DNA of 62,291 bases, filler included, from Globobulimina sp. (GCA_003354225.1; 6 parts of 6 records of this genome joined end to end with filler, not necessarily neighbours in it), one strand, 5' to 3'. Counted from the first letter of the whole stretch, positions 31,045-42,221 are shown. The notes: generated from the sequence alone by a model not told the origin. A program made the numbers and translations.

Positions 31045-31327
31045 AGTACACCATGTGAATATTCATAATATACTAAATATACTAAATATACAAAATATAC
31101 AAAATATACACAATATAAGTACACCATGTAAATATTCATAATATACTAAATATACCAAATATACAAAATATACACAATATCAGTACACACTGTAAATATG
31201 CATAATATACTAAATATACCAAATATACAAAATATACACAATATAAGTACACCATGTAACTATTCATAATATACTAAATATACCAAATATACAAAATATA
31301 CACAATATCAGTACACCATGTAAATAT
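31045..31327. repeat. Tandem 64-bp repeat built from ~9-bp AAATATAC(T/C/A) subunits; runs into the contig end
   Basis: AGTACAC unit starts at 31045, 31118, 31182, 31246 and 31310 (spacing 73, 64, 64, 64). Confidence 0.92.
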
Positions 31328-31427
31328 NNNNNNNNNNNNNNNNNNNNNNNNNNNNNNNNNNNNNNNNNNNNTTAATTAATTAANNNNNNNNNNNNNNNNN
31401 NNNNNNNNNNNNNNNNNNNNNNNNNNN
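31328..31427. other. Artificial contig linker
   Basis: N44-TTAATTAATTAA-N44. Confidence 0.99.
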
Positions 31428-31519
31428 TGTCTTTTTGTGGTTGGTGGCTTCGTGCATGAAGAAGAGGAAGAATGAGAGTAGAGTAGGGGGTCAGGTCTGG
31501 TCTAGTGGAGTAGGGGGTA

Positions 31520-33580
31520 TGTGATACGTAAGCGTAAATCCGCCCCCCAACTAGCGGCCTGGCCCGTGATAGTTTCGGTCCTGTGATCCATCGGCTGTGA
31601 GGGAGCTTTTTTGTTGAGAAGGGGTAGTGGACCGGCCATTTCCTTGGGGGGGTGCAGAGAGTTTTGACTCTCCGCATCTTGTCAAGGAAAGGGTTGGCCC
31701 ACTGCCATGTAGGGGCTTAAGTTAGCTGGTTGGTCTGTCGTCCCTTTTTGTTTGATGTGATCAAATTTCGCCTTAAATGTGGATCCATTTCAAATTTTTA
31801 CCCTCCAATACTAACCCGACGGCAATAGTTAACTTAAACCCAAATAATAGTTTTTTGTAAATGCCTGGGTCGTAGCCTTAAACAGCAGACCCCTCTTAAT
31901 TCATGTAAATTTTTATTCCCTTTAAATGCCACTTGTAAATAAAACTAACCCAGAAATTGTGTTGTTTTTAGTTACTTTTGAGTTTGTTTAGTTACTAGAC
32001 GTTAAAATTTAAGTTATAGTTAAGTTCGTTAAGTTATACTAAGTTAGTCATACTAACTTCCGTTCAAATCGACATGGAATTGATAAGCGAAAAATCGCAA
32101 ATCGCAAAAATAAGTGAGATTAGAACTAGAATGAGATGAAACAAAAAGTGCGTGCAAATGATGAAATCAACAGACTGACGAACAACGTACATGCAAAGCG
32201 AATTCGTACACAATTCCATGGACGAAATTATCGATGTAAGATACTTTACGTTTTTATTTTTGAGTTTACAAATGAAGGGGAATTTTCGCCAAATTTTATT
32301 TTGCCATAAGCAAATACAGTATGACAACATCATACGAGGGCAAGATAACTCCCATTCAGTTGTATTTTGGTTTCTGGACTAACGGGTTTTATATTCCGTG
32401 CGAAATAATGGCGTGTAAAATGTATTTCGAGAAATTTTCGTTGAGGACCCCCCACGTAATCATAAAACATCATTTTTAGTCAAAATAACTAAACCCCCCG
32501 TTTAAGACTTAAATCGACCAACATTGGGGATGGGAGGGGTCTATGCCTTGTACCATGGCATAGTACAATAATGGACATTTTACAATAAAATGGTATACAG
32601 TCGAAAATACAAAAATTTCGATCGCCACAAAATCGCACGGAATTGATTTTTGAAGTTAAGTTTGGTTAATATTAGTTTATTAACAGAAAACATAAAACAC
32701 CGGTGCCATGAAAATACCGTATTATATCGTACCCAATCATACAGTAATTTTAGCAACAACTGATGTACATACTTGTAGCCAGAAGTGGTTACAAATAAGT
32801 AAGTTAGTTAATAAGAACAAGTTGCTGCCGTTTAACTTATTTCAGGCAATCACACAATGGACAACCATCAGTCCAAGAATTTCATTGGCCGGATTCGCGA
32901 CACTCCCGGATCCAAAATTCCGAATTGTCCCTAATTCCCCCTAACTACCTCTATGGGAAACACCAAGAACTTGAAGAAACTTGCAAGAAGAGCAGAACTG
33001 TCGTAAGAAGACCATGAAGTGAAGAAAATTAAAATAATGAAATTCGCGACACTCCCGTACTATTACGGATTACGGAAGCAAGAAGTGTTCCATGGATCGA
33101 AATGTCATCAGGAGGAACATGGAGGCATATAACATCATTCTGATGTTAAAACGAACTTTCGATTCGGCAGCCAAATCATGGCAGAAATTTGAATACAACA
33201 TCAAAAGATAAGGCCGCTGCCGCATGAACTGGCCGAGAAATGATACGATTTTCATAATAACATTTTAGTGTTGAGTCGGTGCGATAAGAGAATTGTGATC
33301 TGGTCGTTGGTCGGCCACATTGATATTTTATTATTGTTTCTATATTTTATAAACTCATGCATCGGCTTAATTCGATTTACATTTAAAGTAGTAATAAGAA
33401 ACTACACAGCAACTCGTGCTGTGGCCGCGAGGGCCAGTAGCGGTTTGTTCTCACATCTTCGAAGCCGGCATTCAAGCTACCAATTTACGCAGTTGTTGTA
33501 GTTGAGCGTTGTCAATCATCAGGCACGGTACTGGAACAAGTACATAGTGCAAAGTACATACATTCCTACATACTGTTACA
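31520..33580 (+). repeat. Candidate single LTR (TGTGA...TTACA); 3' boundary well supported, 5' boundary tentative
   Basis: Ends TGTTACA two bases before the PBS. Begins TGT two bases after the purine-rich AGTGGAGTAGGGGG (31504-31517). No second copy is present in the contig. Confidence 0.45.
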
Positions 33581-33582
33581 AA

Positions 33583-33604
33583 TGGTGGCAGAGGTACTGG
33601 TTTC
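33583..33604 (+). promoter_or_regulatory. Primer-binding site complementary to initiator tRNA-Met
   Basis: TGGTGGCAGAGGtacTGGTTTC, versus TGGTAGCAGAGGATGGTTTC expected for eukaryotic tRNA-iMet. Confidence 0.8.
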
Positions 33605-33780
33605 TCTACAGCTACAGTTTGAGCTGTTGTGTATATTATAAATTTTTATATTTGTGCATATTATAAATTCTTACAGCTACAGTTTGAGCTGACGTGTATA
33701 TTTTTGAACGTGTGACCACACCTTGACAGGTGCTCGGAAATTGCTGAACATTCACTACGAAAACGACAACTAATAACACA

Positions 33781-36700
33781 ATGTTACCTGTACCTATTAG
33801 AGGATATGAATCTCTAACTTTTATATTTAACAGAGTTAAATCGTACTGGTGTAAAGCAGAAAACCGAGAATCAATTATCCCTAAAGAAGTCACACTCAAT
33901 TTAGACGAAAGTTTAGACAATGTAGATAATGACAATGCGGTAATAAATTGCGCAAATGGTCTTAATGTACCTGATCAGGAGTTCGTAAGCATGGATAATA
34001 AAATGGAACGATTGGAAGAACAAATAAAAAGGTTTAAAAGTAAAATTGCTTCATATAAATCAGATTTGAGAAAGAAACTCCAATCGACCGGCATTACAGA
34101 ACTGAATGCTATTAATGGACAAAATAAATTTGACAATTGTTCTTGTTGTACTAATGTATTGAAATGTGAAAGTGAATTGTGTGACGGTATTCAAAGTGTA
34201 CCACCTATAAATGCATACCCAGAGGTAAAATATTATGCCCCAAAACCAATTGAAGTATCGGGTAGCAAAGTCGGCTCGTTGGGAATCAAAGTAAAGGATA
34301 CAACGGTAATGTCACTGGCATTATTTTCGAACAGAGAACAGAGAAGTATAAATAAAGTGTTGAGAAAAGATAATAGAGTAATAACAAAAGGGTCGCAATC
34401 ACCAGCAACTACTCAGGGAAGTAGGAAGCATTCGTCGAAAATAAAGCGTAAATGGAAGGCAATAATGGCAGAACATCTAGCAAAATCGACGGAGACCCTT
34501 GAACCAACAAAAGTAATGCCAATTCCCAAATACAGGGAAGGGAAGTTGTATCCTGAAAATGTTCTAAGCGCAGTGGAGGGTACTGATTCGACACCATTAT
34601 TAACGGATCATTACTCTCTACTGGCAGAGAACTATTGGAAGGAGCGAACTCCCGAAGTACCAAAACGAGTAGATGGGTTACCCGAAGTTGCTTCTCAGTA
34701 TTGCTTTAAACAGCCGAGAATATACCCGGCGCAACATCAGGTAAGAAAAAATGGAATTGAATACCAATACAACCTAATGAGAATAATCGCCGACCTTAAA
34801 CAAAGTGAAGTACAAGGATTTGTGGATGCACGAGAACAAAAAGAGAAATATGAGAGAAGATTGCGACAAGATGGCGGACAATCATCAAATGAATGGCCAA
34901 TAGTGCCATTACATTATAATCGTGCACCAATCGATGTATTATGCGACAAAACATCTTTAAAGAAAACGGCACCCACAAGTGCACTTCATGCACATGAACT
35001 ACAACTGGGTAACATTTTAGACTTAGAAATGAACGAACTTCCTGTCACATATCTAGAGTATGACGAACAAATGCCATGTTTTCAAATCCCCACTATGTTA
35101 AGTACTGCGTCACATATTTCATTCATGCAAAAGTCAGTTTTCTTTAAGACAGGAGGCGATTTAGAAATGCTCTGTTGCTGTAAACATATCAAAGTAAAAG
35201 GGCATTTAAAACAGTATGCTGTATATGGTCATTCATTAATACGGTTTAATATCGGGTCTATGATATATGAACATGCAGTACATATCATAGATGACGATAG
35301 CGAATTGCCTCTTGTAATATTGGGACTGGACTTTTGGACACTGAATCCGCCAATCATAAAACGCCAAGCGGGCCATATCATTTTGGGAGAAAGTAAAATT
35401 CAGCTAGGACCCCCGCCAGAACCTTTCAGTGGTTTCGTACGATTAATAGAAAAAATAACGGTTCAGCAAGGAGGAATAAAAAAGGATGTTTTGGGTGAAT
35501 TGTATTCATATGAAGGACATATAATACCCGATGAGGGAACCGAAATATTTTTAGAACCAATGGAAGGACGTCGATCAAAAATAGACATACAAGTTATGCC
35601 AATACTAACAACAGTACTAAAAGGTGGGCTAGTAGCTATGCCTCTTCTCAACCGAACATCACGGCAGCGTAAATTTAAGGCAGAGACCTGTGTAGGTAGG
35701 GCTTATCAACGTGAGTCTTGTGTTTTAGCTGATACATTTGACATTGGAGTAGCACTATCGGCTGTAGTGAAATTGGAAGCAAATGAGAAACTAACATCAG
35801 ATGAAGAAAGTTGTAACCAGAAGTTACTATCATTATTTATGATAAGTGAACAAAATAGAGAGAAAGAACGATTACACAGCCGTGTGTTGCAATGTACAAC
35901 AAACTGCAATGTACCGATGTTAAAGCCGAACCAACAATCATACGGATTAGTCACAAGACTAGACAGTCCTACTCAGATCAGAGTAGAGAAAACTGCCGAC
36001 CTACCACTTAAAACACGCCAACGATCGCACAGTATAGATGTTTCGATTCTGGCATTGCCAGAATTTAAAAATGTCGATGGCGTTCTTACTAGCCACACCG
36101 ATTTTGAGAACAAAGCTGAACCACTGACAAATTATTTGCCAGAAGGGGTCGACGATGGAGAAGATTTATTAGGAGAAATCGACGCAGATTCACCCTTAGA
36201 ATACGAACCACCGAAGGGAAAAGGAGAGCTAGGAGGAGTAGCTGATCCACAAGATGAATGGGGCGAAGATGATTCAACTAAGAAAGTCAGTCAAATGGTA
36301 CAAATTGACGACGGACTACCAGAACATCAAAAAGAAATATTACAGAAACTAATAGACAGAAATAGTGACGCATTTGCACGGACAAAAAAGGATTTGACAA
36401 TAACACCATTAATAGAACATGAAATACCTTTACTCACAGATGTACCAACTAAATTGCCAGCATACAAACTACCGCATCGTTACCATGATTGGCTGAGAGC
36501 CGAAATTAAAAATCTCTTGAGTTTGGGGCTGATTAGCCACTCCACCGCTCCATATAGTGCTCCGGTCGTAATTGTCAACAAAAAGGGTACTTCTAAGCTA
36601 AGGCTCTGTGTCGACTACAGGCTTTTAAATTCTATCACCTTAAAAAATGCCTTTCCTTTGCCCACGTGCGAATCAGTGTTTCCAATTTTGAATGGAAAAC

Positions 36701-39700
36701 GCTATTTATCAACCATTGATTTGCAAAGTGCGTATTGGCAAGTACTAATCAGAGCAGTGGACAGGCCCAAAACAGCCTTCGCTACTTTATGGGGTTTATA
36801 CCAGTGGAACATTCTGGCATTCGGCCTTTGCTCCGCCCCGGCAACATTCCAGAAGCTCATGAATTCGGTTTTCAATGACGTCATAGGTCAAGAAGTATTT
36901 TGTTATTTAGACGACATTTTAATCGCGACCGAAACTTTTGAACGACACGTCGAAATGTTGGATCTAGTGTTTGAAAGATTAAGAACAGCTAATTTAAAAG
37001 CATCAGCTACAAAGTCCTTCCTTTGCAGAAAAGAAGTAGCTTATTTAGGTCATGTGTTGACTCCTAAAGGTTGCTTCCCGAATCCCAAAGCAGTAGAAAC
37101 AATCGATAAAATGGTACCGCCAAAAACTGTAACGAATTTAAGAGGTTTTATTGGGCATGTCAATTTTTTTAGAAAATACATTCAGAATTATGCCAAATTG
37201 ACTGAACCCTTGAATAAGTTACTAAGAGGAGCAGGGAAGAAGAAGAAAGATAGCATCACAGCGGACTGGGGACCTGAACAACAACAAGCATTCCAGAAAA
37301 TAAAAGACCTTTTAAAATCAAAACCAATCTTGGCATACCCAAATATTAATAAAGATTTTGTATTGTTTACAGATGCTAGCAATTATGCAATCGGCGGAGT
37401 ATTGTGCCAAAGAGGTGATGGCGACGATACGGGATACCATCCACTTATGTATTTATCCAGAACTCTACGATCAGCAGAGAGAAACTGGAACACGACCATA
37501 AGGGAATGCTACGCATTGGTCTACTGTACAGAACAAGTGCAAGATTTATTGGGGAATGGCAAGTTGACAATTTACACCGATCATAAGCCCCTAGAAGGAG
37601 TTTGGGATAACAAGAAATCACAAGAGAAAATGTTTCGATGGGCTGAAAAAATGAGCAAGTTCAATTATGAAATTAAATACGTGCCGGGAGTGGACAATAC
37701 CGTAGCTGATTACTTGAGTCGACCACAGCTACTCTCAGATGAGACAATACAAACAGTGGACCGAATGTCACCAGAAAACATCAATAGTATGGTATTAAGA
37801 ATTGGGAATACAGACGAACAAGTCCAACAACAATGGGACTGTTTACAACAGCCAAGTAAGCCAGGAAGAATGGTCAAATTTCCCGTGAATCAAGTGGAAA
37901 AAGTAATGTTGTTACAGCCTACCGGTCGAGAAGAGACAGTAACACAAATTTGGCCAGATTTGCCACGTGATACCATATTAATTGCAGGAGAAAACTTCGC
38001 GACCGAACAGTGCAATGACCCCGAGTTATATAATATAATTGCCGCATTCCAGCAAGGGTCACCTAAGAAAATTTTTGGAAAAAAACACAATAAATTTGTA
38101 ATAATCAATAAAAGTCTATACTACCAGCCAACGCACAATCCCCCGCGTCTAGTCGTCCCTGACCACTTAATTCTGAAAATTTTAGTAAATTTACATGCAT
38201 CTAAATACGCAGGACATGTCGGTGTGACACAAATGATGAAACAATTGCGTAAAAGGTATTACTGGCATAACATGGATCGATCAGTAGAACAATTTGTGGA
38301 GTCATGTGAACAATGTCAACAGTGTCGAGTTCAACAAAACCCCCATCGAGAAGAATGGCTACCATACCCCCAACCGACAGGACCATTTTCTAACATTCAT
38401 ATTGATTTAATTGGTCCTATAAATGATCCATTGAGCCCGTATCGGTATATATTTCATGCGATTGATCGGTATACCCGTTTCACTTTTGCAGTACCATTGT
38501 ACACAGCGACAGCTAGAGAATGTTACAATGCGTACCATGATTATATACTGATGCAACATGGACCTCCTGCATATGTCATAACTGATAACGGACCGTGTTT
38601 TAGATCAGCGGAATTTTCAGAAGCAATAACACTTGGTTGTAGGACGAAACACTGTTTTTCGCCGTCATATTCACCTGCAACGAACGGTATTATTGAACGA
38701 GCAAACCGTACATTGAGTCAAATGATCAAACGGGCAAAAGCTATGGATACAAACATTGTATGGCATGAGTATTTACTGTATGCATTATTTGCCATGAGAA
38801 ATACAATCCATAGCACTTCAGGTCAAACACCATACAATCTGGTTCATGGCAGTGATTCTGCAAGCATAACAGACCACCAAATGGGACTGAAACCATTGAG
38901 CAATAACATGAGTGCTGACGATCAGAGAATAGCATTTTGGCGAAACGCGAGACAAATACGGGAATCGGCGCAGCAAGTGATACAAGAAGAAACAGAACGA
39001 TTTTTGGGAAATGCAAATACTAGAGTACAACCGCTGGACATAGGTGAAGGTGCCCTGGTTTATGTGTGGTCCCCAGTACTCAGTAAACACGAGAAAAAGA
39101 AGTTCCATTTGTATTGGAAGGGACCCTACCGTATCTTATCTGTCCAGAACACTACAGTAACCGTCCAGAACATGAACAACCCCCATGGACCAGTATTGCA
39201 TAGACACAAAAACCACCTGAGAATTTATCACGAGCCGAACATTATCACAGAAGATTTGCTCATGCCGTTGCCTAATATGGATGATGATCCAGTAGAGGTC
39301 AACCCAAGTATTGACCCTATGGTATATACATGGGAAAGTTATGCAGAAGAGACAGAAGAAAACTCATTCGACTATACCCGTCTAGGTGATGACGAGGTAG
39401 TACAACAGACCGTTGAACCAAATGACTCAATTACACGGAATGAGACACAAGAAATCGAAAGAAACAGAGAAATATTTGAAATACAAGAACTTGAAGAACT
39501 GCCACAAACAGAAGAATCAATACAGGTACCAGATAATGAGTCATTACAACCCAATTTTAATGTTTTAGGTACCGAAATTCCAATAGTTGATCAAACAATC
39601 AACGAGGTGCCAATAGTCATAGATGAGCCAATTGAAATTGCTGATGAAGCAGAACAGCAAATGACTATTCCAGGAAATGACGAAACAATACAGGGGTTGG

Positions 39701-40359
39701 AACCCGAGGCTGAGAGTAGTGACAGTGACGAGAATGTCGAGGTAGACAACTCAAAACCTACAGACAGCCCGGAGCCAATAATACCCCAAATTGACACATT
39801 ACCTACTGTAAAGAAATCTACAGTACGAGCAAAACCGAAAAGACGCAGAACAGACCGAATGATAGAAAACGAACAAATCAAAAAGGAAGCGATGGCCGAA
39901 ATCGAACGGTTATTTTTACAAACATGTAAAGAAATACCGATTCCGATGATACAAACACAATCACATGATGAATGGCCAGTGTCAAATTTTGGAATTACCC
40001 GGTCAGTATATCCAAAAAATGATGAAGAATACGAACGAAAATTCACTTATCAGGACAGGTTTTTTGAAGCACAGAATTTTTTAGGCCAATGTATAGAGTT
40101 AACTTTTGGGCCATATATTGATGTAAGCAAAAAAGCTGCATTGACATTATCACATTATTTTGGCGAGGTCACATCAATGGAAGACTACGAAAAATTATTT
40201 AAAAAATTACACATTACAGATCAAAGGACCAGACGGAAGAAAGCATTAGCAAATAAGGAGATGCCACATTCAGCACCCCCAGACCTGTATGTACCCAGTA
40301 ATCAACGAAGATCAGGACGTCACGTAAGAAAACCAGCGTGGCACCAAGATTATGAGTAA
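33781..40359 (+). CDS. Gypsy polyprotein: uncharacterised N-terminus, degenerate aspartic protease fold, RT, RNase H, HHCC-DDE integrase, acidic tail
   Basis: ILGLDF; LRLCVDYRLLN, IDLQSAYWQ, FGLCSAPATFQ, YLDD (36904); TDASNYAIG, RECYAL, TDHKPL, ADYLSR; H..GH..CEQC, HIDLIGP, ITDNG, NGIIER; C-terminal RRSGR..RKP....DY. Confidence 0.95.
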   Translation: MLPVPIRGYESLTFIFNRVKSYWCKAENRESIIPKEVTLNLDESLDNVDNDNAVINCANGLNVPDQEFVSMDNKMERLEEQIKRFKSKIASYKSDLRKKLQSTGITELNAINGQNKFDNCSCCTNVLKCESELCDGIQSVPPINAYPEVKYYAPKPIEVSGSKVGSLGIKVKDTTVMSLALFSNREQRSINKVLRKDNRVITKGSQSPATTQGSRKHSSKIKRKWKAIMAEHLAKSTETLEPTKVMPIPKYREGKLYPENVLSAVEGTDSTPLLTDHYSLLAENYWKERTPEVPKRVDGLPEVASQYCFKQPRIYPAQHQVRKNGIEYQYNLMRIIADLKQSEVQGFVDAREQKEKYERRLRQDGGQSSNEWPIVPLHYNRAPIDVLCDKTSLKKTAPTSALHAHELQLGNILDLEMNELPVTYLEYDEQMPCFQIPTMLSTASHISFMQKSVFFKTGGDLEMLCCCKHIKVKGHLKQYAVYGHSLIRFNIGSMIYEHAVHIIDDDSELPLVILGLDFWTLNPPIIKRQAGHIILGESKIQLGPPPEPFSGFVRLIEKITVQQGGIKKDVLGELYSYEGHIIPDEGTEIFLEPMEGRRSKIDIQVMPILTTVLKGGLVAMPLLNRTSRQRKFKAETCVGRAYQRESCVLADTFDIGVALSAVVKLEANEKLTSDEESCNQKLLSLFMISEQNREKERLHSRVLQCTTNCNVPMLKPNQQSYGLVTRLDSPTQIRVEKTADLPLKTRQRSHSIDVSILALPEFKNVDGVLTSHTDFENKAEPLTNYLPEGVDDGEDLLGEIDADSPLEYEPPKGKGELGGVADPQDEWGEDDSTKKVSQMVQIDDGLPEHQKEILQKLIDRNSDAFARTKKDLTITPLIEHEIPLLTDVPTKLPAYKLPHRYHDWLRAEIKNLLSLGLISHSTAPYSAPVVIVNKKGTSKLRLCVDYRLLNSITLKNAFPLPTCESVFPILNGKRYLSTIDLQSAYWQVLIRAVDRPKTAFATLWGLYQWNILAFGLCSAPATFQKLMNSVFNDVIGQEVFCYLDDILIATETFERHVEMLDLVFERLRTANLKASATKSFLCRKEVAYLGHVLTPKGCFPNPKAVETIDKMVPPKTVTNLRGFIGHVNFFRKYIQNYAKLTEPLNKLLRGAGKKKKDSITADWGPEQQQAFQKIKDLLKSKPILAYPNINKDFVLFTDASNYAIGGVLCQRGDGDDTGYHPLMYLSRTLRSAERNWNTTIRECYALVYCTEQVQDLLGNGKLTIYTDHKPLEGVWDNKKSQEKMFRWAEKMSKFNYEIKYVPGVDNTVADYLSRPQLLSDETIQTVDRMSPENINSMVLRIGNTDEQVQQQWDCLQQPSKPGRMVKFPVNQVEKVMLLQPTGREETVTQIWPDLPRDTILIAGENFATEQCNDPELYNIIAAFQQGSPKKIFGKKHNKFVIINKSLYYQPTHNPPRLVVPDHLILKILVNLHASKYAGHVGVTQMMKQLRKRYYWHNMDRSVEQFVESCEQCQQCRVQQNPHREEWLPYPQPTGPFSNIHIDLIGPINDPLSPYRYIFHAIDRYTRFTFAVPLYTATARECYNAYHDYILMQHGPPAYVITDNGPCFRSAEFSEAITLGCRTKHCFSPSYSPATNGIIERANRTLSQMIKRAKAMDTNIVWHEYLLYALFAMRNTIHSTSGQTPYNLVHGSDSASITDHQMGLKPLSNNMSADDQRIAFWRNARQIRESAQQVIQEETERFLGNANTRVQPLDIGEGALVYVWSPVLSKHEKKKFHLYWKGPYRILSVQNTTVTVQNMNNPHGPVLHRHKNHLRIYHEPNIITEDLLMPLPNMDDDPVEVNPSIDPMVYTWESYAEETEENSFDYTRLGDDEVVQQTVEPNDSITRNETQEIERNREIFEIQELEELPQTEESIQVPDNESLQPNFNVLGTEIPIVDQTINEVPIVIDEPIEIADEAEQQMTIPGNDETIQGLEPEAESSDSDENVEVDNSKPTDSPEPIIPQIDTLPTVKKSTVRAKPKRRRTDRMIENEQIKKEAMAEIERLFLQTCKEIPIPMIQTQSHDEWPVSNFGITRSVYPKNDEEYERKFTYQDRFFEAQNFLGQCIELTFGPYIDVSKKAALTLSHYFGEVTSMEDYEKLFKKLHITDQRTRRKKALANKEMPHSAPPDLYVPSNQRRSGRHVRKPAWHQDYE

Positions 40360-41705
40360 AAATTCAATTTAAACATTTATATTGGGAAATTCATTTGATT
40401 TTGCACTAAAAATTCAATTTAAACAGTCTATCAACTATGCGTAGTTTTGAGTACTGTAGTCAGACAAATCCATAAAGTACGTACGACTTATTGTGAATTG
40501 TAACTGACACAAAATCGGGTTGGGTAAATTTAAATTTATACTATGTTTTACGCAATAAGTCGCCAAACTGTCTAAAACGTTAAGATAGGAAAGTGCGCGA
40601 AATCAAAATGCAATCAAAATGCAGTAATTTTACAATTTTAGATCAAATGGCTGTAGTAGACAAACACGGACTGATCACTCGTGAATGTCTACGGAATTGC
40701 CAAATTCAACTGCATGCATAAAATTTATTTTTCAGAAGTTTTAGGAGTTTTTGGAAGTTTAAATTTCCCGCAAGTGGGAAGATGCATTATGTAAATTTTT
40801 GTCCAGCATATCAAGTGGAATGACGTCATTCGAGGAGGGCCTATCTCTTATCTCCGTGCCAATTACTCATTGTCGCCAGCTAGTAAGTAAAGGTCAGTTG
40901 TAACAAAAAGTTACTGTTTTTTTGCTGGAAAAGAGGAGAAAAAGTCGAAAAGAAAAGTGCAAAGAATTGAAGTCGGTGTTTCTAATTCACTAGTCACAAT
41001 GCCAAAAAGAGTAAGGCTTTTATAAATAACGATTTCAGAAATGAACAAAAGAAAGACTGACAAATAGACGACGGAAATAAGAGAAATGACGTAATAAAAA
41101 CGACCATCTTTTTAAATTTTTTTCTACTTTCAGACTCGTTACGGCTTGGTATTGAACGTCTACCAATTGGCTGGTCAATTGATTGGAATGTTGGCATGGT
41201 TGGTCAGAGATTGTATCCCCGGCATCCGACGAAAATGGGAAGTTGAAGAAGGCTCCCGATTGGACAAACGAATCGAGATGGTTGACATCGCCATGCGTGG
41301 ACTCGAATATATCGTAAGTTATATAATAGTTTTAAAAATTTAAACGAAAGTTTAGCCACCCGTACCAAACTACGTACAGTACTGTATGCGCCCATTTTAA
41401 ATAAACAGTAGTTTGGCGCTAAAATTGACTACTGTAGTCAGCTAATCAATGTTAGCAAGGCAGTGAGCAAGCCATGTGGACATAAGCTAATAGCTGCCGA
41501 ATAGCAACTAGTGCTCATGACGTTGCGTTTCGACAGCTACCATTATTGGGGAAAATTGATATAAATAATGTGTAAATTGTGCAAAATCAAATGAATTGAC
41601 CCAGCCCAGGGTTAAATGAAATTGATGAATTTTTACTAAATGCGAATAAATTAATGGGAGGGGATGAAGAAAAACAATAATCTAATATTATAGGGTGCCT
41701 GTCTT

Positions 41706-41805
41706 NNNNNNNNNNNNNNNNNNNNNNNNNNNNNNNNNNNNNNNNNNNNTTAATTAATTAANNNNNNNNNNNNNNNNNNNNNNNNNNNNNNNNNNNNNNN
41801 NNNNN
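41706..41805. other. Artificial contig linker
   Basis: N44-TTAATTAATTAA-N44. Confidence 0.99.
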
Positions 41806-41956
41806 CAGCGATATTTTTGCAAATTTGGTTTATTGTTAAGTGGTTACCCATGATAAAAGAAAGTGTTTGACAGAATTAGCTGAATACAAAGTAACTTTTT
41901 TTTTGCTTTACAAAGTGGAAAAATTTACATTATTTTTAAGGATAAAACGCGTTCCT

Positions 41957-42057
41957 AATAGGCATTTTGCTTTATCGTAAAAAATTATTTTGTAAGAGAA
42001 AAAACTGAGTTTTTCTGTTTAAAAACAGATTTTTACGATAAAGCAAAAATGCCTATT
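41957..42057. repeat. ~100-bp inverted repeat (MITE-like)
   Basis: AATAGGCATTTTGCTTTATCGTAAAAA ... TTTTTACGATAAAGCAAAAATGCCTATT; arms differ by a 1-nt indel. Confidence 0.75.
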
Positions 42058-42221
42058 GTGTCCGGTAGTTTACAAAATTAGGAATACAAAAAAAAAACAA
42101 TACATAGGATCTAAAATGCCTAAAAACTAATCCCTTCGAAGTCCGAAGTCCGAACCAATCCACAGGGAAAATAAAGCTATCAAAGTTTCCGAGTGTGTCA
42201 GTGCATGGCACATTTTGTATT

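Larger units (their letters stand above)
31428..41705 (+). mobile_element. Ty3/Gypsy LTR retrotransposon occupying the whole contig
   Basis: PR-like, RT, RH, IN domain order; PBS directly after TGTTACA; polypurine tracts at the contig start. Confidence 0.88.

Noticed and set aside
31045-31327. 64-bp periodic array as a CRISPR
   Set aside because: Whole units are repeated with no unique spacers, no cas genes are present, and the context is eukaryotic.
31372-33501. Short ORFs in the Gypsy upstream region as gag
   Set aside because: They lie upstream of the PBS in the candidate LTR, are at most ~100 aa and lack gag motifs; ORF 31372 runs into the N linker.
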